A DNA stretch of 61,000 bases, taken from Lama guanicoe. Taxonomy: Eukaryota. The position numbers were made by a program, and so were the translations under genes. Below the pieces are notes generated by a model that ran no database searches, was not told the DNA's origin, and worked only from the letters and a program-made list of their open reading frames with translations. Location: assembly GCA_013239625.1 (NCBI GenBank), contig MU053911.1, positions 122,697 through 183,696 on the forward strand. The letters are read 5' to 3'. Shown one piece after another: positions 60,137 to 61,000 of the stretch (position 1 is the first letter of the stretch; each line of letters opens with the position of its first letter).

Positions 60137-60764
60137 GTAAGTAGTTAAATATAAATCTTACAGTTATTTCTAATTAAACCCAGATCACTGTTTTGTTTAT
60201 GACTGTGTTTTCAACTCTCTGCTTCTGTAGTAATTATCACAATGACCTTGGATCTTTGCTGATGATTTATCTGTTTCTGTTAGAATTACTGAATTTGATG
60301 CCTTAAACCTCACACTTGGTGGATTTCTCTTTCTCCTTGTACTTGTGGCAGGCTTTGGTTTATATCTTATGACACTCTATTATTTACGTGCATATAAGTT
60401 TTAAGTTGATAGTATTTTCAGGAGACAAGACATTTTGTCCTAATGAAGAGACTAACTCCATCATTTTTATAGTTTTTATTTATTTTCCTTTAAAACTGTC
60501 TTATCTGCTGTCAGTGTTTCTTCTGGTTGGTGTTTGCATGATACATTTTTTTCTGACCTTTAATTTTCCTGTATGTTTATGATTTTGCTGTATCTCTTAC
60601 AAAGAAACTTATAATTATATGTATTTTAAAGTTCAGCCTGATTCTTGTCTTTTAATTACCTCTCCTAATCATCTGTGGTTTAATTACTGATATTTTTAGG
60701 TGTAATTCCACCACTTTCTTCGCTCTTGGCCCATTTTTCCTATCTGATATGTTTCTTTCACTCT

Positions 60765-61000
60765 TTTTTTTTTTTACATTTTTTATTGATTCATACTCAT
60801 TTTACAGTGTTGTGTCAAATTCCAGTGTTCAGCACAATTTTTCAGTCATTCATGGACATATACACACTCATTGTCACATTTTTTTCTCTGTGATTTATCA
60901 TAACATTTTGTGTATATTTCCCTGTGCTATACAGTGTAATCTTGTTTATCTATTCTACAATTTTGAAATCCCAGTCTATCCCTTCCCACCCTCTACCCCC
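60765..61000 (-). mobile_element. L1 3' end (younger, poly-T tail), continues beyond the window
   Basis: T-run followed by acattttttattgattcatactcattttacagtgttgtgtcaaattccagtg...ttccctgtgctatacag. Confidence 0.85.

Overview
Mammalian genomic DNA, probably a cetartiodactyl. A camelid is plausible (L1 3'-end style, no SINE recognised in 61 kb), but that is inference only. The window lies inside a + strand gene I identify as CCDC7 (the C10orf68-derived half of the long isoform), based on my recollection of the human protein, not a database search. I read 12 exons directly (20116-60136). The first carries an in-frame TAA at 20147-20149. Ten are symmetric phase-1/phase-1 exons of 93-132 nt: eight copies of an 'A' repeat and two of a 'B' repeat. 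The main structure is a tandem array at about 34-60 kb in which each 3-5 kb unit carries one coding exon plus the same truncated antisense class III (ERV-L-like) provirus (pol remnant and, in most units, an LTR; tRNA-Ser primer site clearest at 46147-46164). The exon array was therefore apparently amplified together with the retrovirus. The first 20 kb is intronic: decayed antisense L1s and a two-LTR MER21-like provirus with a 5-bp target duplication, split by a near full-length L1. Most ORF-track entries are L1/ERV debris or chance ORFs; the real exons are not represented in it in their true frame. Repeat boundaries are approximate; exon boundaries were counted base by base.
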